Assembly (NCBI RefSeq): GCF_009914755.1
Contig: NC_060935.1
DNA from: the human T2T-CHM13v2.0 reference genome, Homo sapiens
Length of the DNA stretch: 64,000 bases
Strand: one strand, 5' to 3'
Made by a program: the position numbers and the translations under genes. A model generated the notes under the pieces. That model saw only the letters and a list, made by a program, of their open reading frames with translations. It was not told where the DNA came from and did no database searches. Of this stretch, positions 28,377 through 41,935 are shown one piece after another. How positions within the stretch are numbered: position 1 is the stretch's first letter; each line of letters starts with the position of its first letter.

Positions 28377-30001
28377 GATTTTCCCAGAAAGTCAGAAACA
28401 AGTCAAAGATATCGTTTATCACAGCTATTATCAATACTATGCTAGAGGTTCTAGCCAATAAAGCAATGGAGATACAGCAATAAAAAAAGAGAGAAAATTA
28501 TCATTATGTCTTCATGGTATGGTGTCTATAAAATCTAAGAGATCCTTCAGAACTAATAAAACATATAAAACTACCTTCAAAAATCAATAGCATTCCTAAC
28601 AACCCAGTATTTACACAAAACTTGAAAAAAAATCTAATTTAGCAATAAAAGTGATTGGAAGCCTAAGCGTAAATAAGACAAAACATTCGTAAAACTTTTT
28701 TTGCTGAGAAAATTTCAAAACTTGAAGAACACATAAGAAGGTCTTAATAAGTGGACAGGTAAACTGCTCATGAATAGGAAGATTCAATATGGTAAAGATG
28801 GCAATCCTCCCCCAAATGCATCTATAATTTCAATGCGATTCCAATATAAATCCTAACATGGTTTCCCATAAAACTTTATAAACATTTTAAAATTTATGTG
28901 GCAGAACAAAAGTCCAAAAATATCTGATAAATCTCTGAAAAAGAATAACAAGAAAGGGTTGCTTATTCTACCGGGTATCAGAGTTTATTATGAAGCTAAT
29001 TAAGTAAAACTGTGGTTTCGGCTGAGTCATAGATAAAAGCTCAGGTGAACAGATTAAAATCCCAGAAACAAATTGCTGCATATATGAATCTGTCATTTAG
29101 TAGAATTGGCATTACAGTTGAAAGGATGAACTACTTAATAAAAGATACTGGGATAGCTAGGCTTCATATAGAAAGAAAATTAGACTCCTAGCTCACATGA
29201 AAAACAAAAAGAGACTTCATGTAGCTTAAAGACTTAAACATGAAAAAGAATTGCAACAACTAGAAGAAAATATAGGGAATATCTTTAAGATATTAAAGTA
29301 GGGGAAAATTTCTTAAGCAATATAGAAAAAGTATAAATTATACAGGAAAAGACTGATAACTTTGTCAAAATGTAAACTTCTGAATGACAAATGAGACAGT
29401 AGTAATGCTAAAAGACAAACTGTAGGCTAAAACAGTATATGTGTAACATACACAACAAGAAAAGGATGATTAACCCAAATATGCAAAAACAAAAAAAGTT
29501 TAAGTTAGTAAGAAAAACAGACAAAAACACCCAGTAGAAAAAAGGGCCCAAGAGCAATTCACTAACAAATATCTAAGATGATACTCAACTTCACCAGTAG
29601 TAATAAGGAAAATTAAAAATAAAACACCAATGAGATTTAATTTCACTCTTATACATTTGGAAAAAATTAAACTATCTGTCAGTAATAACTGTTGTTGAGA
29701 ATGCAGAGAAACAAACTCTTAAACATTGCTGCTAGGAGCATGAACCGGTTCAATCATATCTGGAAGCCCATATCCTACAAACCAGCAATTCTACCTTGAG
29801 GTTTATACTTCAGAGAATTTCTTGCACCTGTCTATAAGAAGAAAATGGATAAACTATACTGTAGGCATACTACAGAATACCATATAGCAATGAAAAGAAA
29901 TTAACTGGCTCAGACTATGTAGATCTACATGAATAGTTATCAAAAAAAAAAAAAGGTTAAGTGAAAAAAAATCAAGTTAAAGAATGGTGGGTACATCATG
30001 C

Positions 30002-30435
30002 TGTCACTGAAACCAAATGGGGTCTGTTTGCCCATGTGCAGTGGAAAGCCAACACCGAAGCACTGGGTTTTTGCTGTGAGAAAGGTTTATCGCAAGTCCA
30101 CTGGCCACCTGAGAGGAGGAAATGCTCAAATGTCTCCCTGAGCTGGGGGTGGGTCAGATTTTAAAATGGGTAATAAGGCATGATCTGATTGGATCTGGCA
30201 GTGAGGTGAGGCCAGGACGCATGCTCTGGCTGGATCCTGCCATGCTGTGTCTGCTGCTTCTTAATTCAGTCCTGCTCCTTCATCCCAGCACTTAGGTTCC
30301 CCTTGTGGTTGCACATTTGGTTCATCTGGGCATGCTCAGATTATGTGCCCTTTAACCTGGGGGTCCATGGCAACTGAAAAACAACTCACAACTTTGTCAC
30401 ATAAAAGTTGAACCAGTTGGTCTGATGTGCTTACA
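30002..30435 (-). mobile_element. Solo LTR (LTR47/MER72-like) inserted in L1
   Basis: TG...CA termini, GC-richer island within A-rich L1, near-matching 4-bp flanks atgc/atgt. Confidence 0.55.
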
Positions 30436-32189
30436 ATGTCATTCATAGACAAGAATTAACATACATGTAAATACCACATATTTCCCTGGTTTTATAGGCG
30501 TGTGTGTACATACATATAAAAGGAAAAAGTGGAAATGGAAGATTGCACACTAAATTCATGACAGTGGTTACATCTATGAGGCAGGGAGGGTTGTGAATTA
30601 TAGGTAAGGATGCTCAATAAAGGGAATTTGACTATAATTCTATTAGTTTTCTTAAAAAATGAAACAAATACAAAAATGATAACAACTGTCAATTCTGGGT
30701 TGATGATATTTGCATCTTTGTCTTATTTTTTTTTCTGTAATTTAAAAGTTTACCAAACTTAAAATTATAATTAAAACAAAAGCAGACAACTCCAATCTAA
30801 CCATGAGAAAAATATCAGAAAAATATCAGTTTAAGGAAAGTCTACAAAACACCTGTCGAGGTCAAGAAAGACAAGAAAAGACTGAGAAACTGTCATAGCC
30901 AAGATAGGCCTAAGGAGACATGGTAATTAAATATAATATATCTTGGATCCGATCTTGGAATAGAAAAAGAGCAATGAATAATAATTAAGGAAATCTGAAT
31001 GAGGTATGGATTTTTGATAACAGTAACATATAAATATTAGTACATTAACTGTTACAAAGGCAGTGTACTAATATAAGACAATAATAGGGAAAACTGGGTG
31101 TAGGGTATATGTGAACACTTTGTCCTATCTTGGCAACTTTTCTTTAAATCTAAAATTATTGTAAGATAAAAAAGTATGTAAAAAACGGAATAGGTATAGT
31201 ATTCTTCCAGTTTCGTGTGAGTGTGTGTGAGTGTACACAAAAAGACAAGCAGAATATTTATCAAAAATATCAATGATTAGGTCTACATGGTGGAAGTATG
31301 GGTAGCTTTCCTTTCTCTTTCATTCTTTTATTTTTCAAATTCCTGCCTTCTAATATAAGTCAAATGTGATATACTGATAGTTTTAGCTATCAGAAACATT
31401 ATCAAGACCTTGGCACCGTTTCTATCAGCACATGGTAATTATGGGCCCCATTCTCCTAACACTCACTTCCTATATTTGCCCGGGATGCTTGCTAAAACTG
31501 AGTTCTATACTAAGAATTTCCAGGGAAGAAACTTGAGAATTTATTTTTTAACAAGTCCCTAGGTGATTTTTGTGTGTGTTTGTGTCTGGTGGCTGTTCAG
31601 ATAAGTTTAGGAAACTGACTCAGCTAATTCTCACTTAAAGCTCAGCTCAGTGTCAGCTCTGCTGTCAAAACTTCTCTGTCCATCTCAGGCACTTAGAATC
31701 TCCCTTCCCTGTATCCTCCCTGTACCACACACACAACTCCATTCCTGCCCTTCTAACAGTGCAGCATAGTTTTTTCTACATTTTTCTCTCTGGCTGTTTT
31801 GCATATCTTTGTGATCTCATCGAACAATAGCATCTGGTAGGCCCTCAATATCCATTATTTAGATAAATGCATGGAAGCTTAGATAGTCAGATGGGCTGCT
31901 TTTAAATAAATGGGGTGATTCTAAGAATTTCATCAGCATCTATCTTCAAGCCCCTCAATAATGGCATCCCTGGTTGCTTTACAATAGGTGGGATCAGCCT
32001 CTTTTATTATCTCTTTAGAAGGAAGCATGGGAATATTCAATTTATTCCAAAATATATTGCTTTAGGCTTGGATAATGGTCAGAAAAACTGGAAGTATGAA
32101 TATATATTTGAATCATCTGGGAATCTATTGAAACCCAAACTTGCATTTGATGAGTAGTGCTTACCCTGGGCCAGGCCACTCAGTGCTTG

Positions 32190-32382
32190 AGCTGTGCTAT
32201 CTAAGATGGAGGCTCTAATCACATGTGGCCTTTGAAGGCTACATTTAAAGTAATTGAAATCAATCCAGTTCCTCAGTCATACATTTCAAGTACTCAAAGG
32301 CCACACGTAGCAGCCACTGTATTGGAAAGTGAAGACATAGAACATTTCCATCATCACAGAAAGTTCTATAGGAGAGTGCTGA
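32190..32382. mobile_element. MER3-like hAT/Charlie element
   Basis: 'atagaacatttccatcatcacagaaagttctat'. Confidence 0.75.
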
Positions 32383-32547
32383 CCTAGATGATTCCTCTTT
32401 ATACTTCGAATCAGATAGTTCTCTTATTTAAGGCTTCCCTCATCCCTCCAAGCCATATTCTGTTTGGTTCACAGTGACAGAAATGTCCTGGGCACCAGGG
32501 ATTCAGAGATGAAGAAAATGTCATTGCTGCCCTGGAACAGCTTAAAG

Positions 32548-32838
32548 CAGGGACTCTCAACTGGGGCGATTTTGCTGCCTAGGGGACATTTGGCAGAGAC
32601 TTTGTATTGCCATTAATAGTGTGGGGGGTATGTGTGTGTCTGTGTTCATGTGTGTGTTGTGTGTGTCTGTGTCATATGTGTGTGTGTGTGTGTGTGATTA
32701 CTGGCAGACAGAGGGCAGGGATCCTGGGTAGAGGGCAGAGATGATGCTAAGCATTCTACAACGCACAAGACGGCTCCCCCTCCCTACCATCAAAAATTTG
32801 GCCCAAAATGTCAATAATGCCAAAGCTGAGAAACCCTG
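32548..32838. mobile_element. MER20 with internal (TG)n expansion
   Basis: 'ctcaactggggcgattttg...ggggacatttggca' and 'ggcccaaaatgtcaataatgccaaagctgagaaaccctg'. Confidence 0.8.
32630..32696. repeat. Imperfect (TG)n microsatellite
   Basis: Directly visible. Confidence 0.9.
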
Positions 32839-34981
32839 GCTTGAAGCCTTGTTGGGGAGAGAGACACAGGAGCACAAAGTACCAATGTCATGTGGAAAGT
32901 GAGCAGAGAGTGGTAGAGCACAGCCGTCGGACTGGGAGGATTCCCAAGCTGAGTCTGGAAGGAGCTGCATGCCTAGTCATTCCTTCTATGATCTAATAAT
33001 GCTTTGCCCATTCCCCTCTGCAACACCTAACACTGTGATGTATTTTAACCATCAGTTTACACATACTTCTCTCCTGTGAGACTGTGAATTCTTCAAAAGC
33101 AGGTACTGTGTTTAATGAAGTGTGCCCAGGACTTTGCTCAGTGACTGGATGACACAGTAGGAGTAACAAGAAAGTTCACATGGGTGAACCGTGGTAGGTG
33201 GACATCGTCTCTCTCACCTCTTCCCAAATCAAGGATGAAGTACATCTTCATAAATCCTCATGTGAATTATTTTGCTACCTCTAGAAGCATTTTCTAAAAC
33301 AAGGTGCAGCAATCAGTTGAGTGAATTTGTCACCAGAGCTTATGTTTTCTGAAAGAACCCTATCCTCAGGCAGTTGTTCCTAAGAGGTGAGTTGTGGATT
33401 TAGTTCACATACCTTCCTTCGTGGCTTAAAATGCTCCACATGCCTGTCTCCCCAACAGCATCAGATCACCATGCAGTAAAATACCAAGTCAGAACAGCCA
33501 ATGCTGAAAAGAGTGACAGTTTCCTTTCATGATGCAATGCACTTGGAGCCAGGGGACAGGGAGACAATAACTGCAAGGAGAAGTGATGACAACCCTACTT
33601 TAATATAGTAGTTCCTTTTGAATTTTATAGACTTACCCGTTAATCTCTAGAATTTTGAAAAAATTCCTTAAGTGATGTGAGCAAATAACACTTTGCCTTG
33701 GGTTAGCCTTTTCCTTTCCCTTGAAGATTCCACAAATATGTCAGCGCTGGAAATGATCCTTTGGCTTTGAACTATGTGAAGACTGCAGAAGGACTGGTTG
33801 GTAAGCACCCACATCCTGGGGTGAGAATCACATCCAGTTTATACCTCCCTGTACACACTTGTATAAAACAACTATAAGACACACGAGAGATCTGGAAGCC
33901 AGTTCCTCATAAGTAAGAATTGGTAAGAGCTCTTAAGCAGCATGTCTGAGGTTTAATAACTCGCCCTGTCTGGAGCCTTTTGTGTGTCTCACTTTCTTCT
34001 TAGCAAAACATGAGCATTACACTCTGTGCTGGAAGATTCCCTTCCTTCTTCCGGGCTTTTGATTACCCAATCCTTCTTTACTTTCACTTCTTGCTCAAAG
34101 CAGCTCTTTCTCAGCCATTTCTAAAAAAGGTTTATGAGATGCTGCAGGGCTGTGTCTCTAAATTGGGCCCTGTGTGCCTATATCCTCATTCTCTGCAGCT
34201 GCTGAATTCTTTCTGTGGGATCAGCCTTCTTCTAAGTGCTGGGGTGATGGGAACATAGCTGTAAACTGATTTTGACAGGAAGCATCACTTCCGGCTGGAA
34301 ACAAGTCCCTGGTTTATGCAGCACATAGTACTAACTGTGGAACACTGTTAAACATGTCTCATTCCGCCCCCTCCACCAGCAAAAGGCCTTGCTGCTCAGT
34401 TGTGCACCAGATGATGTGGCATATGCACATACTGGCCACTAATGACAAAGCCTGACACCATGCAGTGGACATCTCTTGGGACCTCAGCCTCTTTCTCCTG
34501 GAACTGACCCCATCCTCCCTTCGCTACATGATCACCATGGGTGGATTCCCAGCAGCCATGCTTGTAACATGCATCCTGTCCTCTCTGGCCACAGACAACT
34601 ACCATACAGATGAGCAGCCCACCCAAGATTCCTTCTCTAAGAATTTAGAGCTGGGAATGGAGGAGAGAAAGAGAGAGATACTGATTCTACCAGAGACAAT
34701 GGGATGAGATAGCATGGTTGTTGGAACCATGGCTGGAACTGTAAAGCACAAATTGGAGAGCAGATAAAGTTGGTTCACAGAGAGAGAGAGAATGATGAAG
34801 CCATAGGGATCCAAGTTTCCCTATGGCTTTCCTCACCCTAACTCCTGTCCTTCCACAGGTCAGGCTGCATTTGTATCCTGGGTCCACAAGACATCGTTTC
34901 CTTAAAACCAATCCCCCTGATTTTGCTAAGGTGAGTCGGAACAAGTTGATTTCTGTTACACACACAAACACACACCCCACA

Positions 34982-35324
34982 TGAGACAGCCAGGTAGGAA
35001 GTGCTCCCTGGCAGAGCCTCCCTGACCTGCACACTGGGAGGAATGCACGCTGGGGTGGAGCCTTGGGAGGTTCGCGTGGTTTGCAGTGGGGAGGAGCCTG
35101 CCGCCCTCTTCCTGGGTGGAACCTGGGATTCAGTTCGCCAGGCAGGAAGTGCACTAGCAGGACTCTTGCTTTCCGGAGAGTCTCTGTTTTTCCTTTTTTT
35201 TTTTCCCTTTTCGCCCAATAAATACCATTTTTCTCACCCTTCAAAGTGTCTGCAAGCCTAATATTTCATGGATGTTTGACAAGGACCCCGTCTTTAGCTG
35301 AACTAAGGAGAAAGTCCTGCAACA
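34982..35324 (+). mobile_element. MER61-family ERV1 solo LTR
   Basis: tgagacagccagg start, aataaa, 'ttagctgaactaaggagaaagtcctgcaaca' end; 4-bp TSD caca. Confidence 0.8.
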
Positions 35325-35351
35325 CACACATGGAGCTCAGCAAACGGAGGA

Positions 35352-35875
35352 TGTAGTAGGTAGAATTTTTAAATGGCCTCTATGATTTCTTTGCCTGGTA
35401 TCCACATCTTTGTGTCATCCTCTCCCCTTCAGTTGTGGGAGGGATGTATAACTTGCTTCTGAAAAGTAGAATATAGTAAAGGTGAAGAAATCCTGCAGTT
35501 GAGGTGAAGTTAATGAAAAGGGAGATAATCCTGGGTGGGCCTGACCTAATCAGGTGAGTTCCTGGAGAATGTCAAGTAAGAAGTAAGCCTAGAGTCAGAG
35601 ACTCACTCTTTCCTGTTAGCCTTGAAGAGGCAAGATGCTTGAGTTCTACAGCTGCAAGGAAATCAATTCTGACAACAACCACGTGTGCTTGGAAGACCAC
35701 CACCACCATCACCACCACCACCACCCCCCGCCCCGCCCCTGCCCCTCTGAGCCTCAGATGGGACGCTAGACCCTCCCTGATTATAGTCTGCGAGACACTG
35801 AACCTGGACTCCTGGTCTATGGGAGCTGTTTTAAGTTTTAAGCTGTTAATTTTTGGTAATTTGTTATGCAGCAAA
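35352..35875 (+). mobile_element. MLT1E-type MaLR LTR
   Basis: 'gggagataatcctgggtgggcctgacctaatcagg', 'tttggtaatttgttatgcagcaa'. Confidence 0.7.
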
Positions 35876-36634
35876 TGGCTGTGTTGTTATTCCCATCCCC
35901 CTCTTCCCACCTGTCTCCTTTAAATAAAAACCAGCATTTCAGGTCTGAACTGTCATGACTCCAATCTGCTTGTCAAGATGGACTCTAAGTAGAGTCAGGT
36001 GAAGAGGCCAGGTTAGCTATATTCCTTCTTATTTTCCATCCTTCAGTCATGGCCTGAGCCTTTTCCTTCCCTGAAATCTAATGAGAATCACTCCTCAGCT
36101 GATTATCATGGACTCGATGGCTTGTCATTAAGAATACCTCAGCCACAGGCAGCAGTGAGAAGAGAAGTGAAGGAGGAGGGGTGTTTAGGAAATGCCTGGT
36201 CCTGAGGGCGGAAGCAGTTTTGAAGTTGCACCTGCTCTGACAGAAAACTCGAGTGTAAGACTTACTGATGTCATTCTCAGTTCTTCATGGACGTAGGACT
36301 GTCATGGGGAAATTAGGCAAAGATTCTGCTTTGGCAGGAAGAACTATGGCTCCCTGCCCACATCCCTTCATTCAGCTCCCTCCCCCATTGGCCAGAATAC
36401 ACCAAGTTGTCAGCACCAGCCGGCCCGTGGCTATTCAGAATGTCTCTGGAAACCATGAAGGCTAGGAGGCATGAGATCTGGGTGCTGGGGCTGGTGAGTC
36501 CTCTAGTAACCAACCCAACTGTAAAGAAGTAATAATATATGGCATCTGCATAATGGTCTACAGCTTCCAACTTGCTTTAAGCTCTATTTATCCTTTGGGT
36601 CTCTCATCAGCCCTGGAAGAAAAGCAGTTGTCTT

Positions 36635-37045
36635 TGTCAGGCCTCTGAGCCCAAGCTGAGCCATCATGTCCCCTGTGACCTGCACGTACACATCCAGATG
36701 GCCGGTTCCTGCCTTAACTGATGACATTCCACCACAAAAGAAGTGAAAATGGCCTGTTCCTGCCTTAACTGATGACATTGTCTTGTGAAATTCCTTCTCC
36801 TGGCTCATCCTGGCTCAAAAGCTCCCCCACTGAGTACCTTGTGACCCCCACTCCTGCCCGCCAGAGAACAACCCCCTTTGACTGTAATTTTCCTTTACCT
36901 ACCCAAATCTTATAAAACGGCCCCACCCCTATCTGCCTTTGCTGACTCTCTTTTCGGACTCAGCCCGCGTGCACCCAGGTGATTAAAAGCTTTATTGCTC
37001 ACACAAAGCCTGTTTGGTGGTCTCTTTACACAGACGCACATGAAA
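36635..37045 (+). promoter_or_regulatory. HERV-H 5' LTR7 (promoter/enhancer)
   Basis: tgtcaggcctctgagcccaag...catgaaa; TATAAAA 36911-36917; GGCCCCACCCC KLF/Sp box 36919-36929; SOX-like ACAAAAG 36734 and CATTGTC 36776. Confidence 0.93.
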
Positions 37046-37047
37046 TT

Positions 37048-37065
37048 TGGTGCTGTGACTCGGAT
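37048..37065 (+). other. Primer-binding site, tRNA-His
   Basis: tggtgctgtgactcggat, 17/18 match to TGGTGCCGTGACTCGGAT. Confidence 0.92.
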
Positions 37066-40000
37066 TGGGGGACCTCCCTTGGGAGATCAATCCCCTGTCC
37101 TCCTGTTCTTTGCTCCATGGGAAAGATCCACCTACGACCTCAGGTCCTCAGACCGACCAGCCCAAGGAACATCTCACCAATTTTAAATCGGGTAAGCGGC
37201 CTCTTCTTACTCTCTTCTCCAAGCTCTCTCACTGTCCCTCAACCACTTTCTCCTTTCCACTCTTCAATCTTTCCCTTCTCTTAATTTCAATTCCTTTCAT
37301 TTTCTGGTAGAGACGAAGGAGACACGTTTTATCTGTGGACCCAAAACTCCGGTGTCGGTCACGGACTAGGGAAGGCAGCCTTCCCTTGGTGTTTAATCAT
37401 TGCAGGGATGCCTGATTATTCACCCAAGTTTCAGAGGTGTCAGACCATGCAGGGACGCCTGTCTTGGTCCTTCACCCTTAGCAGCAAGTCCCGCTTTTCT
37501 GGGGAAGGGGCAATACCCCAACCCCTTCTCTCCATGTCTCTACCCCTTCTTCACCTTTCTGGGGGGCAAGAAACCCCCAACCCCTTCTCCTTCACCCTTA
37601 GCGGCAAGTCCCGCTTTTCTAGGGGAGAGGCAAATACCCCAACCCCTTATATCTCTGCGCCCCATCCCTTATTTCCCCACCCCAACCCCTTATATCTCTG
37701 TGCCCCGATCCCTTATTTCCATGCCCCAACCTCTTATATCTCTGCACCCCAATCCCTTATTTCCGCGCCCCAACCTCTTATATCTCTGCACCTTTGTGCC
37801 CCAACCCCTTCTCTGCTTTTCTGGAGGGCAAGAACTCCCCACCCCTTCTCCGTGTCTCTACTGTTTTCTCTGGGCTTGCCTCCTTTACTATGGGCAAGCT
37901 TCCACCTTCCATTCCTCCTTCTTCTCCCTTAGCCTGTGTTCTTAAGAACTTAAAACCTCTTCAACTCTCACCTGACCTAAAATCTAAGCATCTTATTTTC
38001 TTCTGCAATGCCGCTTGACCCCAATACAAACTCGACAGTAGTTCCAAATAGCCAGAAAATGGCACTTTCAATTTTTCCATCCTACAAGATCTAAATAATT
38101 CTTGTCATAAAATGGGCAAATGGTCTGAGGTGCCTGACATCCAGGCATTCTTTTACACGTCGGTCCCTCTCTAGTCTCTGTTCCCAATGCAACTCATCCC
38201 AAATCTTCCTTCTTTCCCTCCCACCTGTCCCCTCAGTCCCAACCCCAAGCGTCACTGAGTCTTTCTAATCTTCCTTTTCTACAGACCCATCTGACCTCTC
38301 CCCTCCTCCCCAGGCTGCTCCTCGCCAGGCCGAGCTAGATCCCAATTCTTCCTCAGCCTCCGCTCCTCCACCCTATAATCCTTTTATCACCTCCCCTCCT
38401 CACACCCGCTCTGGCTTAGTTGGTCTGGCTTAGTTTCATTCCGTGACTAGCCCTCCCCTACCTGCCCAGCAATTTGCTCTTAAAAAGGTGACTAGAGCTA
38501 AAGGCATAGTCAAGGTTTAATGCTCCTTTTTCTTTATCCCAAATCAGATAACATTTAGGCTCTTTTTCATCAAATATAAAAAACCCAGCCCAGTTCATGG
38601 CTCGTTCGGCAGCAACCCTGAGACGCTTTACAGCCCTACACCCTAAAAGGTCAAAAGGCCGTCCTATTCTCAATATACATTTTATTACCCAATCTGCTCC
38701 CGACATTAAATAAAACTCCAAAAATTAAATTCTGGCCCTCAAACCCCACAACAGGATTTAATTAACCTCGCCTTCAAGGTGTACAACAATAGAAAAAAGT
38801 TGCAATTCCTTGTCTCCACTGTGAGACAAACCCCAGCCACATCTCCAGCACACAAGAACTTCCAAACGCCTGAACCGCAGCGGCCAGGCGTTCCTCCAGA
38901 ACCTCCTCCCCAGGAGCTCGCTACAAGTGCCAGAAATCTGACCACCAAGCCAAGGAATGCCTGCAGCCCAGGATTCCTCCTAAGCCGTGTCCCATCTGTG
39001 CGGGACCCCACTGGAAATCGGACTGTTCAACTCACCTGGCAGCCACTCACAGAGCCCGTGGAACTCTGGCCCAAGGCTCTCTGACTCCTTCTCGGCTTAG
39101 CGGCTAAAGACTGACACTGCCCGATCGCCTCGGAAGCCCCGTAGACCATCACGGACGCCGAGCTTTAGGTAACTCTCACAGTGGAGGGTAAGTCCGTCCC
39201 CTTCTTAATCAATATGGAGGCTACCCACTCCACATTACCTTCTTTTCAAGGGCCTGTTTCCGTTGCCTCCATAACTGTTGTGGGTATTGACAGCCAAGCT
39301 TCTAAACCTCTTAAAACTCCCCAACTCTGGTGCCAACTTAGACAATACTCTTTTAAGCACTCCTTTTAGTTATCCCCACCTGCCCAGTTCCCTTATTAGG
39401 CCGAGACACTTTAACTAAATTATCTGCTTCCCTGACTATTCCTGGACTACAGCTACATCTCATTGCCACCCTTCTTCCCAATCCAAAGCCTCCTTTGCGT
39501 CCTCTTCTTGTATTCCCCCACCTTAACCCACAAGTATAAGATACCTCTACTCCCTCCTTGGCGACCGATCATGCACCCCTTACCATCTCAGTAAAACCTA
39601 ATCACCCTTACCCCGCTCAATGCCAATATCCCATCCCATAGCATGCTTTGAAAGGATTAAAGCCTGCTATCACTCGCCTGCTACAGCATGGCCTTTTAAA
39701 GCCTATAAACTCTCCTTACAATTCCCCCATTTTACCTGTCCTAAAACCAGACAAACCTGACAAGTTAGTTCAGGATCTGTGCCTTATCAACCAAATTGTT
39801 TTGCCTATCCACCCCATGGTGCCAAACCCATATACTCTCCTATCCTCAATACCTCCCTCCACAATCCATTATTCTGTTCTGGATCTCAAACATGCTTTAT
39901 TTACTATTCCTTTGCACCCGTCATCCCATCCTCTCTTCGCTTTCACTTGGACTGACCCTGACACCCATTAGGCTCAGCAAATTACGTGGGCTGTACTGCC

Positions 40001-41935
40001 GCAAGGCTTCACAGACAGCCCCCATTACTTCAGTCAAGCCCAAATTTCATCCTCATCTGTTACCTATCTCGGCATAATTCTCATAAAAACACACGTGCTT
40101 TCCCTGCTGATCGTGTCCGATTAATCTCCCAAACCTCAATCCCTTACAAAACAACAACTCCTTTCCTTCCTAGGCATGGTTAGTGTGGTCAGAATTCTTA
40201 CACAAGAGCCAGGACCGCACCCTGTAGCCTTTCTGTGCAAACAACTTGACCTTACTGTTTTAGCCTAGCCCTCATGTCTCCGTGCAGCGGCTGCTGCTGC
40301 CCTAATACTTTTAGAGGCCCTCAAAATCACAAACTATGCTCAACTTATTCTCTACATTTCTTATAACTTCCAAAATCTATTTTCTTCCTCATACCTGACG
40401 CATATACTTTCTGCTCCCTGGATCCTTCAGCTGTACTCACTCTTTGTTAAGTCCCAAAATTACCATTGTTCCTGGCCCAGACTTCAATCCGGCCTCCCAC
40501 ATTATTCCTGATACCACACCTGACCCACATGACTGTATCTCTTTGATCCACCTAACATTCACCCCATTTCCTCATATTTCCTTCTTTCCTGTTCCTCATC
40601 CTGATCACGCTTGATTTATTGATGGCGGTTCCACCAGGCATAATCACCACACACCAGCAAAGGCAGGCTATGCTATAGTACAAGCCACTAGCCCGCCTCT
40701 TAGAACCTCTCATTTCCTTTCCATCATGGAAATCTGTCCTCAAGGAAATAACTTCTCAGTGTTCCATCTGCTGTTCTACTACTCCTCAGGGATTATTCAG
40801 GCCCCCTCTCTTCCCTACACATCAAGCTCGAGGATTTGCCCCCACCCACGACTGGCAAATTAGCTTTACTCAACATGCCCTGAGTCAGATAACTAAAATA
40901 CCTCTTAGTCTAGGTAGACACTTTCACTGGATAGGTAGAGGCCTTTCCTACAGGGTCTGAGAAGGCCAGCACAGTCATTTCTTCCCTTCTGTCAGACATA
41001 ATTCCTCAGTTTAGCCTTCCCACCCCTATACAGTCTGATAACAGACCAGCCTTTATTACTCAAATCAGCCAAGCAGTTTTTCAGGCTCTTAGTATTCAGT
41101 GAAACCTTTATATCCCTTACAGTCCTCCGTCTTCAGGAAAAGTAGAACAGACTAAAGGTCTCTTAAAAACACACCTCACCAAGCTCAGCCACCAACTTAA
41201 AAAGGACTGGACAATACTTGTACCACTTTCCCTTCTCAGAAGTCAGACCTGTCCTCAGAATGCTACAGGGTACAGCCCATTTGAGCTCCTGTATAGATGC
41301 TCCTTTTTATTAGGCCCCAGTCTCATTCCAGACACCAGACCAACTTAGACTGTGCCCCCAAAAAACTTGTCATCCCTACTATCTTCTGTCTAGTCATACT
41401 CCTATTCACCATTCTCAACTACTCATACATGCCCTGCTCTTGTTTACACTGCCAGTTTACACTGTTTCTCCAAGCCATCACAGCTGATATCTCCTGGTGC
41501 TATCCCCAAACCACCACTCTTAACTCTTAAAGTGAATAAATAATCTTTACTGGCAAGGCTATGCTGAACCTCCTTAGGCACTCTCTAATTAGATGTCCTG
41601 GGTCCTCCCAATTCTTAGTCCTTTAATACCTGTTTTTCTTCTTCTCTTATTCCGTTTAGTTTTTAATTTATACAAAACTGTATCCAGGCCATCACTAATA
41701 ATTCTAAATGACAAATGTTTCTTCTAACAACCCCACAATATCACCCCTTACCACAGAATCTTCCTTCATCTTAATCTCTTCCACTCTAGGTTCCCAAGCT
41801 GCCCCTAATCCCGCTCAAAGCAGCCCTGAGAAACATCGCCCATTATCTCTCCATACCATCCCCAAAAATTTTCGCCATCCCAACACTTTACCACTATTTC
41901 GCTTTATTTTTCTTATTAATATAAGAAGACAGGAA

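Noticed and set aside
34687-35244. 185-aa minus-strand ORF
   Set aside because: Crosses a MER61 LTR, a (CA)-rich tract and an older LTR-like region; no domain similarity
34982-35324. Possible p53 response element in MER61
   Set aside because: Some MER61 subfamilies carry one, but I could not find paired RRRCWWGYYY half-sites in this copy
37400-37945. Overlapping 181-aa and 174-aa proline-rich ORFs and short tandem repeats
   Set aside because: C-rich HERV-H pre-gag leader repeats; stop-poor by composition, and not a CRISPR-like array
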